This document shows, piece by piece, positions 32,169 to 42,446 of a DNA stretch of 64,000 nucleotides; position 1 is the first letter of the stretch, and each line of letters begins with the position of its first letter. The stretch covers positions 1,728,001 to 1,792,000 of the forward strand of contig CP182352.1 of the NCBI GenBank assembly GCA_048571215.1. Reading direction: 5' to 3'. The stretch comes from Halarcobacter sp. (GTDB lineage: Bacteria > Campylobacterota > Campylobacteria > Campylobacterales > Arcobacteraceae). A program made the translations under genes and the position numbers. The notes beneath the pieces are model-generated. The model saw only the letters and a list, made by a program, of their open reading frames with translations. It searched no databases and was not told the DNA's origin.

Positions 32169-32361
32169 TTGTTCTAGCCTCGACAAAGGTTAATGTACTA
32201 TCTATTTTTAAAAGCATATCTTGATTGTTTCTCTCCAATTCATCATTTTTATTTTTTAATTCATTAAAGTCTTCTTTTAATATTTCATTCTCTTTTTTTA
32301 ATATTTCATATTCATAAATTAATTTTTCAATTTTTTGATTTAAATTTTCGATAATTTCCAT
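32158..32361 (-). CDS. Coiled-coil protein, ZapB-like
   Basis: MEIIENLNQKIEKLIYEYEILKKENEILK heptads. Confidence 0.65.
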   Translation of the reverse strand: MEIIENLNQKIEKLIYEYEILKKENEILKEDFNELKNKNDELERNNQDMLLKIDSTLTFVEARTNGK

Positions 32362-32419
32362 AAAAATAATTCTACCCAAATTTTCTAGAATATTATTTAA
32401 ATTTAAGCTAAGAAAACTA

Positions 32420-32821
32420 TCAATCTTTAATAAATATCTTACCTTGTTGGTAAAGTGCGGCTACTGCTTTACCCCATTGAGAATATAATTCAACATCTTC
32501 TTCTCTAAATTTAAAAAATTTAGTTATCTCAGAGATAAGTGTTCTTTCTTTTAAATCAAACTTATCATCAGCATGAATTAAAATAGTAAGTTCTAATATA
32601 ACAATTTTTTTACTTGTTTTTGATTTAAAATCTTTCAAAGTATTTTCTAAACTAAACTCATTTATATCAAACATATCGTCATTATCAATACCCATTTCAG
32701 CACAATATTCTAAAATAACCTCTTCTTCTTTTTCTCCATATTCATTATCAATTCTAGCTAAATAGTGTGCAAGTTGTAAAAAAGAGAATTTCTCTTTTGG
32801 ATGTAATTTCATTAAAAGCAT
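32420..32821 (-). CDS. TerB-like (tellurite resistance family) protein
   Basis: LARIDNEYGEKEEEVI and IHADDKFDLKERTLI paired motifs. Confidence 0.75.
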   Translation of the reverse strand: MLLMKLHPKEKFSFLQLAHYLARIDNEYGEKEEEVILEYCAEMGIDNDDMFDINEFSLENTLKDFKSKTSKKIVILELTILIHADDKFDLKERTLISEITKFFKFREEDVELYSQWGKAVAALYQQGKIFIKD

Positions 32822-32972
32822 ATTTTTCCTGTGTAGTATATTTGTTTGTATATTGTGTAATTATATTGGAAAAAAGTTAATAATTATTAAATAAAATAAA
32901 TTATCAACATAAATTACTTGAAAATTTCAAATAAATTTCAAAAAAGTTTTTATTTTTTAATAAAATTATAAC

Positions 32973-32994
32973 TTTTGCAATGATTTTGCAATGA
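32973..32994 (+). promoter_or_regulatory. Perfect tandem 11-bp direct repeat (ttttgcaatga x2), putative winged-helix regulator site
   Basis: Lies just upstream of TAAAAT (33003-33008) and the AGGAG SD of the giant lipoprotein. Confidence 0.6.
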
Positions 32995-33040
32995 AAAAAA
33001 AATAAAATTCATACATAAGATTTAATTTTAGGAGAAAACA

Positions 33041-36000
33041 ATGTTTCTAAAAAATTTAAAAATATGCTTATTAATATCGCTTATCATCATATTTTTTACA
33101 TCATGTGGAGGTGGGGGAAGTGATAGTACTACAAAAACTATTACAACTTCAACTTCATTAAATACAATTTCAAGTATTAGCTCTTTGACTAAACTAGCAC
33201 CTGTACTTTCTAATCTATCTATTACAAATACAGAAGAGTTGTCAGATAACTTGAAAACAAAAGAACCTTTAGCTTTACTTCTAGAATTAAAAAAACTTGA
33301 TAATTCTATACAATCAGAAGATTTATTAAACCTTATGAAAGATTTAGAAAAAGAGATTTTAATTAAACCACTGTTGCAAGAAAATAAAATAACAAAAAAA
33401 GCATTTAATAGCTTGTCATTTATTGATAGCTCTATTCAAAATTTAAAATCATCTACATTAAGAGTATGGCAAAGCCCTAAAAACAGCACTTTAAATACAA
33501 GTGCAAATGAAGAGTATATAAAACAACAATGGATTTCATATAATAACAAATTAACAGCTTTTGGGGAAGAACAGTTATCATTAGAAGATTTTAAATCCCT
33601 AAGAACTGAGATAAATAATATTATTCCTTTATTTGTAAATTTTGGCAAACCTATGCAAAATGTTATTTCATCAACAAATACTACTATGACTTCATATTTT
33701 GCTGGAAAAAGTATTGCCTCAATGAGTATAAATAGTACTCCCATATTAAATACTTCTGTTCTAAACCCAGTTAATGAAGCCCTTGGTTCACAAAAGAAAT
33801 CACCATCTGTTTTTTTAGATTTTAAACCACACCAATATATGGCTTGTAATGGTTTACAAAGAGAATATCCATTTCAAATAATGGGTACAGCATATTTAGG
33901 AGATTTTGCTGGAAATCCTATTTATGGAAATATCGACACATCAATCCCTTTACTTGGTGATGAACATGGAAAAAGATTTTTTCAGATAAACGAAACAGGT
34001 TTAGCTGAATTATTACTAACTAATAAATCAAATCAATCTATAACTTTAGAATTAAAACACAATGACAAAATACTATTTACAACTACAATTGAAGCATTAA
34101 AAAAACAAAAAGTATTTATTCCTGTCTTTGAAGATGATATTTGTGTCCCCTATTATATAACTAAAGATGATGACAATATAAATGCAACAATTATAGGTAT
34201 TAAAAAACCTAGAAAATTAGAAAAAGTTCTTGATTCTAAAAGTGGAGCTTATGATATTGTTGCAACAATAAATACAAATGAAGATCAAGATTTATTTCTT
34301 AACTCTGATTTAATAGAGTTTTCTCTACTTGAAAGCAATGAAAATCAAGATAAAATTATATCTTTTATAGATAATAATAGTGGATATGGGGTAATTCAAT
34401 ATATAATAAAATCACCCTCAGGTAAATTATCAAGTACCTTAAAAGTTGGAACAGAAGATTTCTCAATAAAAACACAAAATGGTAAATGGCAAATTTATGT
34501 AATTCCTATAGTAGGAGCTCAATTTGATGAAATAAAAATTGATGAATATAAAAATGAAATTACTTCTTTATATGTTATGAAAGAAAGTTCTTCCGTACTT
34601 GCTAATAAAGAATATAAAGTTTCATTAAGAACTAGCGAACTATCAAATAGAAAAAAATTTATTATCTCAGAAATGAAAAATGCAGAATTTTCTCATGATG
34701 GAGAATCACTAGGAAATAGTGCAGAAGTTATTTTATCTCTACATACAAATATGGCTCCAAAATTAGATATGGGTGAGGATTTAAATGATTTATTTAATGA
34801 AAGTCCAACTTATCCTGCATATAAATGTTGGAATGATAATGGAAAAACTATCAATTTATTTGATTTAAACCAAGCTTGTTATGAATTAAGAGATGGCTTG
34901 GAAAATATTTATTATGAATTTATGAAAGAAGAATATGGTATATCAAAATTTTTAATAAAAAACAATTCCCTTTACTCTAATTTACAATTTAGCAGTAAAA
35001 ATAACGAATTTAAACAATCTATTCTTATTTGGAAAAAAGCAGAAATTATAAAACAAATCAATGATGCACAGTTTGGTTTACTATTTGAAACATATAGTGA
35101 CTTGTATCAAGAGTGGGAAAATAGTATTGTTCAAATAAATGATTTAAAATTTCCTTTAGATTACCATTATGGAATTCAAGATTCAATTATAATAGTAGAT
35201 AATAATAATCCTTTAGCAAGTACCTATGATACTTTCTACCATCCTAGTATTCCTTTAAATATACCTATTTTAGCCCTTACAAAAAAAAGAATGGCATCAT
35301 CAACTATGCCTTTTGGATTTAAATATTCAGCCTATGATAATGATGAAGTCGATAAAGGTGCAATATTTTTTGCAGTTGCAAAATATATAGTAAATCAAAC
35401 CCTAGCAGCACTTTCTGGAAATTTTTCTGCATTTATTTGTAATACCTTTTCAACTATGGGGGAAGTAAGAGATATCCAAATTGCAGGGGAAGATGACCCA
35501 ATAGGTGAAGCTGATTTCTTTTTAAATCGTTTTTCATCAAATGACCAGTTTTATGGTTTGCAAAACAATAATTTAAATTTTTCTATTTCAGGGTTAGCAG
35601 ATATTCCAAATCACTACACCTCAGCAGATGAAGTCTTAGGATATGCAAACTTAGCTTGTGGTATTTTAGGAACAGTTAGCGCAGGTTATGATTTATATAG
35701 TTCTGTGGGAGGGATAATCTCTGGAGATTTTTATAATGCTGCAGATTTAGATAGTTTAAAAAGTGATATGTTAGATCAAGTTGAAGTAGGATCAAGTGAG
35801 TATAATAAAATAACTAATACATTTGATGCTCTTAAAAATGGTACAGCAGATGCTGCATCTCTTGCAGCATTGGAATATGCAATAAAAACAGAAGCTTTTA
35901 AAAGTGGAATAGATATTTATAATGATTTATCAAATCTAAATTCTGGATTGGGAGGATTAGGTTCTCAAGGTTATAATACAATGAGATCAGAAGCTAACTA

Positions 36001-39000
36001 TTATTTTTCGAACTTCAATGATAGAAAAACTCGTTCAGATATTCTCGTCAAAGAAGTTGAATCTATGCCAATAGTAGATACAAAAGTTACACTTGACAAT
36101 GTTTATATTATACACAATCTTGAAGATGGGAATGCAGAAGTAAAACTAAGAACAAGAGTTGGTGTTATTAGTGATGAAAATCCTAGCTATACAGGAGCAT
36201 TTGCAACAAATGCCCCATATATGATAAATGGGGAATTATTATATACAAATGGTACCAATGATTATAAAACTCTTCCAAACTTACCCTTTAAAGGATATTT
36301 ACTAAAAAGTAAAAATTTCAATGGTATAAGTGATGGTGAATTTTTAAATATAGGCACAGGATTATCTTTATATGAAGCAACTTATCCTAGTACAAATAAC
36401 ACGGCATCTATATATTTAGAAGTGGGTCTTTTTGAAGGAGATGGAGGGGGAGTTGATGATGATATGATTGGAGTTTTATCAAAAACTTTTTATTTAGAAG
36501 ATTTATTTAATAATGTGGAAGGAAAGAGATGGAGACATATAGGTAATAATATCTATAGATTAACAATTAGCGACTATCCAGTTTATGATGCAACAGGTTT
36601 AGCAACTTCTGTTGAGATTGTAAATGCTCAAAATAGAGAAAAACAATTAGCACACAATAATACACGTATAGATAATCCAAGTGCCTTAATATCTTTTCAT
36701 ATAGATGTACAACTTGGGGATTTTATAAACAATGAGATAATAGATGTTCAAGATGAGATAGTTGATGGTGATCCAAGTAATGGGAAAGTACCAATGGATT
36801 ATAGTATTCTTAACTTAAAAGAAATAAGCTCTTTAAGTGGCTCAGAAATGAAACTACATGATGTATATGGAGATAAAATAGTAGTATTAAGTGATACTGA
36901 TGGAATTAAAATAGCTAATATAGATCAAAATAAAAATCTTTCTTGGGAAAGAATTATCAATAGTAGCAATGTTGAACCATCATACAAATCACTTTTAGAG
37001 ATGAGTTCCACAGATTTCAATAATGAAAAGATAAAAAATATAAGCTTTATAGATTCAGAAAATTTACTTATGTTTAGAAAAGCTGATTCAGATGATACTT
37101 ATGGAAGCTTAGCAATTATAAATACAAAAGTAGGTAACAGCACAGGAGTGGTAACAAAACACAAAACAATTTTAACACAAGAAAAACCTACTTATATGGT
37201 AACACAAAGAGTAAGTAATGATAAGATTAGAGCCTTTGTTATTTTATCAAATTTAAATAACAATAGTGGACAAATTATTGTTTATGATGTTACGAAAGAT
37301 TCCATTGATATTGTCTCTTCACAAGTATTATCTCATGTGCCAGTAGACCTATTATTAATTGATAATAAAACTTTATTATTAAAATCTGAAAAACTTAAAT
37401 ACAAAGCTAAAACTACTTCAAATACTAGAAGCGAATACTGGATACAAGAGATATATCTTACTTTATATGAATTCAAAGATAATAATTTTACAGCAAAAGA
37501 TCTAAAACAATATACATTTAATCATCAAGATTATACTCCATATACAGGTATTGTCAATCCTGCTGGTTCAAGAAATATATATAGAATGAAAAATGTCAAT
37601 AATAGTAATCTAAATAGAATAGTTGGTGTACATATTAGTGATTACCATGATTATAATAATAATCCTGCTGTTAGAATGTTAAAATTACTTTATAATGGCG
37701 ATACCAAAAACTATAGATTTGGATTAAAACATAACACAAGAGTTGGTACAAGAAACTATTTAGAGAATGAGCAATATCCATATTTTATTGATACTAGATT
37801 AAAGGTATATGAAACAGACCTTAATTCAAAAACTTTAGATTCTGTAGATGTTTCAAAAATATTTGGAGATAATACATATTATCAAGGCAAAGATATGAAA
37901 TTCTTAGACTCTAAATATCTAGTTACCCTAGGTAAATTACAAAGAAATATCAATTATGACACCCTTAGTATAATTGATACCCAATATGTAGATAATACAC
38001 CTCCTATAATAACTAGTACTGATTTAGATAAAGAGCATATTATGGAATACTCTAACAACTTCACTGCATCTATTAATTTTAAAGTAAGTGATGTTGAAAG
38101 TTTAGCGAGTGATTTAAATATCACCTTTACCGAAATAGATCCAGATACAGATGAAGAGTACTATACAGGTACAGATACAAGTGATATAAATCTTTTACAA
38201 AGATCAAAACTCACTTGTGATAATAGTGGTAATTGTAATATAACAGTAAATTTGGCTTTACATGATAGTAGTATAAAAACTAAATTTAGAATAAATGTTG
38301 AAGACCATGGTATTGTAACACATAAATATTTTACTACTTGGTTAGCAAAATCTGAACCTGTAATCTATTCTCATGCACCTTTAGATGTCACACTAAAAAA
38401 TGAAGATACATATAATGAAGTTGATTTTGAAATAATCTCACAAAATGAGATTTCAAATGGATATATTGATGAATTCATAATTGAAAATAAACCTGACTGG
38501 TTAACTTCATCTGTTTATATCTATGGTACAAAAACATTAAGACTAAAAGGTACTCCACCTATTGGTTCACATGGTAGCTATGATATAAAAGTTACAGCAA
38601 AAAATGATAGATATGAAGATGTAGAACACTATGTTATTAATGTAATAAAACCAGACATAACACCCGATATCTTTAGTTTTCCAATAAGTAATGACGTACA
38701 AAGAGAAGTTACTATAACAAAAGAGTTTATAGTTAGTGGGATAAATGGATATGCCCCAATTTCAATAACAAATGGTGAGTACAAAATAGATGATAACAAC
38801 TGGACCAATCAAAGCTCAGTTGTTACTAATACAAGCAAGGTTACCGTAAGACACACAAGTTCAACAGAGTATTCAACAGAAACTATATCTACCTTAACAG
38901 TAGGAGGTATAACATCACAATTAATAAGTAGAACTATTACAGACCCAAATAGTGGTGACTTTACACCAAATCCATTTACTTTTGTAGATGCTACAGATGT

Positions 39001-41740
39001 AGCTTTATCTACTCAACAATATAGTCAAGTTACAATTACTGGAATTAATGAAATTGTTAACTTAAGTATTACAAATGGGGAATACTCTTTTGATAAAAAA
39101 CAATGGTTTACAAATAATACAACAGTACAAAATGACCAAACCATATACATAAGACATACTAGTTCTAATTTATATTTTACAGAAGTAAATACAACTTTAA
39201 CGGTGGGTGGTATTAGTGATGTTTTTACTTCAAAAACTATTCAGATTCCTAAACCAATTCTAACTCCTATTGCTCCTATTTCAGTAGATATTCAAGATGA
39301 TTTAGATTTTACACCAAATAATACAGGAGGTGAGGCAGGAGCATGGAGTATAGAAAACAAGCCTGAATGGGTCACATTTAATACAGCTACAGGTAAGTTA
39401 ACAGGTACTGCAACGCAAGCTGGGTATTTTTCAAATATCATAATCACTGCAACTAACGCTGGTGGAACTCATAGTATTAATATAGATATTAGTGTAGACT
39501 CAAAAAATCCACCATATATAAATAGTGGGAACCATACAATTGATGAAGAATATATGGAGTTTACTTTTACAGACAACCAATCTTGGAGAGATTCAATTAC
39601 TGAGATTACTATTCAATCAGACTATGGACAAGCTTCTAAAACTTTAGTTTTAAATAGTGATTATACTATTGAAACAGGAAAATTAACTTTAATTGTAAAT
39701 GGAACAAACAATGTTCCTACAAAAGCAAGTAACTGGCAAATAAATATAAAAGCTACAAATTATTATGATAGTAACTTACAAGTCTATGTTCAAAATGGTA
39801 CTATTAATATTTCCCATGCACAAAGTACTTTAAATGTTTCAAATGCACCACTTAGACAAGGAAAGGTATCAAATATAAAATTTCAAGCATTTGATAGGTT
39901 TGGAAATAGTATGAGTAGCAAAGAAGTATATTTTGATACTGTTATTACTAACAATAATAATACTTTTGATGAACCCTATTTTATAAAGGATATAAATCAA
40001 ACAACTTATACTAACTTTATAAACCCCTCTTCTACACCAACCAATAGACATAGTTACTATACTGATCAAGATGGCTGGGTAGAAGTTAATATAAAAGTTC
40101 CAGCCTGTGTTGATATTAATGATGGATTTGAAATAGTTATAAAGGATACAAATGAAACTATCTTGATGACAAGTTCTGCCTTGATTAATTCTATTAGTTT
40201 AAATAGCACAACAGCAATTTGTACAGATAGTGATTGGACTAAACGATTTGTAAATGCAAATATAAACAAGATGAAACTAATTACAGATTTAGCAGGCAAT
40301 ATTTATGTAGCAGGAAACACAACTGGAAATATAGATGGTTTTACTAATCTAAATGGTGATATTTATTTATCAAAAATAGATAGAAATGGTGTTACTAAAT
40401 GGCAAAAACTATTAGGTACAAGTGGATATGATTTAGTTAATGACCTTATAATAGATGACACTAATTTATATTTGGCAATTACAACAACAGGCTCATTAGA
40501 AAATAATACAAATGCCGGTCTAAAAGATGCTGGATTATTAAAAGTATCTGCACTTGATGGTTCTTTAACTTTTGCAAAACAAATAGGAGAGGTAAATGAT
40601 GATTTGGCCATTGGTATATCAAAATCCTTAAATGAAATAAATCTTTATGTAGATAAAAATTCAGAATCATTTCTATATAAATATGATTTAAATGGCACAC
40701 TTATTTCAAATAAAGATTTGTTACAAAATCTTAAAAAAGTAATCGGAGACAATGAAAACAATCACTTATCTATCGCAAATAGTGGTATCTTAAAGTATGA
40801 CGTAAATGGAGATTTTCTATTATCAAGAAGTAATACGGGTGGGGCTAGTTATTATAGTGTAGGTCTATTTACATTAGATACAAATAGCAATAATGATATC
40901 TATACAACAGGACAAACAAAACTAAAACTTTTTGATGAAGAGATAAGTGATTCTTCATATTATGGAACCATTGTAAAAAGAAATAAAAATGGTAATTACC
41001 AATGGAGTAAAATACTTGGAACTGAAAGTATTATTACAACGGGTGGAAATACAACAATAGATGGAATTACCTATGTAATCTATACACAAAGAAGTAGTTC
41101 ATTAAATTCATCTCCAAGAGATATGTATATGGAAGTATTCAATGATAAAAATGGTGTTACATTAGGCACATATACTTGGGAAGCTGGCAATTCTGCATAT
41201 AATGCTATCACAGCTAATGATATCATTTCAGATGCCAATAAACACTCTTTATATATAGCAGCCAATGTTATTGGAACAATGACTAATACAAATATCCAAG
41301 ATGGTTTAAATGTAATAATTAAAAAACAACAATACGATACACCTATTCCTGTTACAGGTTATTCAAGAAGTTCATATCTTAATATAGTTACAGATTATGA
41401 TAATAAAGTTCAATGGGTTGATACATCAAATTTCATATACAAAAAAACATATGATAATGCTTCAGATTTTTGTTCAAATGAAGTTTTTTTAGATGACAAT
41501 AATTCAAATGCTTCGTGGAGAGTACCTACATCAAGTGAACTAGATAAAATAATTAATAGTTCAAATACACCCGCTATAAAATCAATATTTGAATCAACTG
41601 ATTTAAATACAGCATATTGGAGTAGCACTGAAAAAGATACTTCAAATGCTTATGCAACGTACTTTTGGTCAAATGCGGGACTTGATGTTTATTCTAAATC
41701 AAGTTATCTATATGTTAGATGTATTAGAGACAATCAATAA
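33041..41740 (+). CDS. Giant 2899-aa mosaic surface lipoprotein (C2-like motifs, Ig/He_PIG-like repeats, DUF1533-like, SBBP-like propeller, C-terminal DUF1566/Lcl-like)
   Basis: Lipobox FFTS-C plus GGGGS; NKPDWL/NKPEWV He_PIG-like; FTDNQSWRDSITEI; GNIYVAGNTTG; WRVPTSSEL...YWSST...YVRCIR. Confidence 0.85.
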   Translation: MFLKNLKICLLISLIIIFFTSCGGGGSDSTTKTITTSTSLNTISSISSLTKLAPVLSNLSITNTEELSDNLKTKEPLALLLELKKLDNSIQSEDLLNLMKDLEKEILIKPLLQENKITKKAFNSLSFIDSSIQNLKSSTLRVWQSPKNSTLNTSANEEYIKQQWISYNNKLTAFGEEQLSLEDFKSLRTEINNIIPLFVNFGKPMQNVISSTNTTMTSYFAGKSIASMSINSTPILNTSVLNPVNEALGSQKKSPSVFLDFKPHQYMACNGLQREYPFQIMGTAYLGDFAGNPIYGNIDTSIPLLGDEHGKRFFQINETGLAELLLTNKSNQSITLELKHNDKILFTTTIEALKKQKVFIPVFEDDICVPYYITKDDDNINATIIGIKKPRKLEKVLDSKSGAYDIVATINTNEDQDLFLNSDLIEFSLLESNENQDKIISFIDNNSGYGVIQYIIKSPSGKLSSTLKVGTEDFSIKTQNGKWQIYVIPIVGAQFDEIKIDEYKNEITSLYVMKESSSVLANKEYKVSLRTSELSNRKKFIISEMKNAEFSHDGESLGNSAEVILSLHTNMAPKLDMGEDLNDLFNESPTYPAYKCWNDNGKTINLFDLNQACYELRDGLENIYYEFMKEEYGISKFLIKNNSLYSNLQFSSKNNEFKQSILIWKKAEIIKQINDAQFGLLFETYSDLYQEWENSIVQINDLKFPLDYHYGIQDSIIIVDNNNPLASTYDTFYHPSIPLNIPILALTKKRMASSTMPFGFKYSAYDNDEVDKGAIFFAVAKYIVNQTLAALSGNFSAFICNTFSTMGEVRDIQIAGEDDPIGEADFFLNRFSSNDQFYGLQNNNLNFSISGLADIPNHYTSADEVLGYANLACGILGTVSAGYDLYSSVGGIISGDFYNAADLDSLKSDMLDQVEVGSSEYNKITNTFDALKNGTADAASLAALEYAIKTEAFKSGIDIYNDLSNLNSGLGGLGSQGYNTMRSEANYYFSNFNDRKTRSDILVKEVESMPIVDTKVTLDNVYIIHNLEDGNAEVKLRTRVGVISDENPSYTGAFATNAPYMINGELLYTNGTNDYKTLPNLPFKGYLLKSKNFNGISDGEFLNIGTGLSLYEATYPSTNNTASIYLEVGLFEGDGGGVDDDMIGVLSKTFYLEDLFNNVEGKRWRHIGNNIYRLTISDYPVYDATGLATSVEIVNAQNREKQLAHNNTRIDNPSALISFHIDVQLGDFINNEIIDVQDEIVDGDPSNGKVPMDYSILNLKEISSLSGSEMKLHDVYGDKIVVLSDTDGIKIANIDQNKNLSWERIINSSNVEPSYKSLLEMSSTDFNNEKIKNISFIDSENLLMFRKADSDDTYGSLAIINTKVGNSTGVVTKHKTILTQEKPTYMVTQRVSNDKIRAFVILSNLNNNSGQIIVYDVTKDSIDIVSSQVLSHVPVDLLLIDNKTLLLKSEKLKYKAKTTSNTRSEYWIQEIYLTLYEFKDNNFTAKDLKQYTFNHQDYTPYTGIVNPAGSRNIYRMKNVNNSNLNRIVGVHISDYHDYNNNPAVRMLKLLYNGDTKNYRFGLKHNTRVGTRNYLENEQYPYFIDTRLKVYETDLNSKTLDSVDVSKIFGDNTYYQGKDMKFLDSKYLVTLGKLQRNINYDTLSIIDTQYVDNTPPIITSTDLDKEHIMEYSNNFTASINFKVSDVESLASDLNITFTEIDPDTDEEYYTGTDTSDINLLQRSKLTCDNSGNCNITVNLALHDSSIKTKFRINVEDHGIVTHKYFTTWLAKSEPVIYSHAPLDVTLKNEDTYNEVDFEIISQNEISNGYIDEFIIENKPDWLTSSVYIYGTKTLRLKGTPPIGSHGSYDIKVTAKNDRYEDVEHYVINVIKPDITPDIFSFPISNDVQREVTITKEFIVSGINGYAPISITNGEYKIDDNNWTNQSSVVTNTSKVTVRHTSSTEYSTETISTLTVGGITSQLISRTITDPNSGDFTPNPFTFVDATDVALSTQQYSQVTITGINEIVNLSITNGEYSFDKKQWFTNNTTVQNDQTIYIRHTSSNLYFTEVNTTLTVGGISDVFTSKTIQIPKPILTPIAPISVDIQDDLDFTPNNTGGEAGAWSIENKPEWVTFNTATGKLTGTATQAGYFSNIIITATNAGGTHSINIDISVDSKNPPYINSGNHTIDEEYMEFTFTDNQSWRDSITEITIQSDYGQASKTLVLNSDYTIETGKLTLIVNGTNNVPTKASNWQINIKATNYYDSNLQVYVQNGTINISHAQSTLNVSNAPLRQGKVSNIKFQAFDRFGNSMSSKEVYFDTVITNNNNTFDEPYFIKDINQTTYTNFINPSSTPTNRHSYYTDQDGWVEVNIKVPACVDINDGFEIVIKDTNETILMTSSALINSISLNSTTAICTDSDWTKRFVNANINKMKLITDLAGNIYVAGNTTGNIDGFTNLNGDIYLSKIDRNGVTKWQKLLGTSGYDLVNDLIIDDTNLYLAITTTGSLENNTNAGLKDAGLLKVSALDGSLTFAKQIGEVNDDLAIGISKSLNEINLYVDKNSESFLYKYDLNGTLISNKDLLQNLKKVIGDNENNHLSIANSGILKYDVNGDFLLSRSNTGGASYYSVGLFTLDTNSNNDIYTTGQTKLKLFDEEISDSSYYGTIVKRNKNGNYQWSKILGTESIITTGGNTTIDGITYVIYTQRSSSLNSSPRDMYMEVFNDKNGVTLGTYTWEAGNSAYNAITANDIISDANKHSLYIAANVIGTMTNTNIQDGLNVIIKKQQYDTPIPVTGYSRSSYLNIVTDYDNKVQWVDTSNFIYKKTYDNASDFCSNEVFLDDNNSNASWRVPTSSELDKIINSSNTPAIKSIFESTDLNTAYWSSTEKDTSNAYATYFWSNAGLDVYSKSSYLYVRCIRDNQ
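38654..39238 (+). repeat. Two tandem ~95-aa Ig-like repeats inside the giant lipoprotein
   Basis: D.TP..F.F...GIN...SITNGEY...W.....V.N.....RHTSS..Y.TE...TLTVGGI at about 38654-38935 and 38957-39238. Confidence 0.85.
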
Positions 41741-41760
41741 TATATAAAGTGATGTTCACT

Positions 41761-42444
41761 TTATATATTAATTCTATAACCAATAGAGGGGATAGTCTCA
41801 ATAAATTTATACTTCATTTTTGAACGCAATCTACTAACTAAAGCTCTTCTTGTATTTTCATTGGCAGTTTTATCTGGCCAAATTTCATTTTCCATTTCAT
41901 AGATTGATACAATTGAATTTTTTGATTCTATTAGTAGATGCAAAAGTTCTTTTTCCCTTTTTGTTAGATGAATATATTCAGAAGAAAAAATTAATTGTTT
42001 ATTTTTACTATCAAAACTAAATTCATTGTCAAGAATTATATTTCCTCTTTTTATTTTTTGTTTTTTATTTCTTTTATTGTAATTAAATGCTGCAATTTTT
42101 AAAGAAGCAAATAACTCTTTTTTATTAAAAGGTTTAGTAAGATATGCACTTGGATTTGTTTTAACTGCTCTTTCTATTGTTTCTTCATCACAAAAAGCTG
42201 TTAGATATACAAAAGTAGTATCTATTTCATTTGAAATTTTAATAGCAGTATCAATACCATCAACATCCCCTTTTATTTTAATATCCATTAAAATAATATG
42301 AGGTTTGTATTTCATCGCTAAAGAATATGCATCTTCTGAATTATTAACTATACCAATTATTTTAAAATCAATACTTTTTAAATAACTCTCTATCTCCATT
42401 GAAACAATTCTTTCATCTTCTACAATTAAAATTGGTATTTCCAT
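41761..42444 (-). CDS. Response regulator, REC plus winged-helix (OmpR-like) domain
   Basis: IVEDE, LMDIKI, YLTKPF; LTKREKELL...LVSRLRSK...IGYR. Confidence 0.92.
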   Translation of the reverse strand: MEIPILIVEDERIVSMEIESYLKSIDFKIIGIVNNSEDAYSLAMKYKPHIILMDIKIKGDVDGIDTAIKISNEIDTTFVYLTAFCDEETIERAVKTNPSAYLTKPFNKKELFASLKIAAFNYNKRNKKQKIKRGNIILDNEFSFDSKNKQLIFSSEYIHLTKREKELLHLLIESKNSIVSIYEMENEIWPDKTANENTRRALVSRLRSKMKYKFIETIPSIGYRINI

Positions 42445-42446
42445 AT

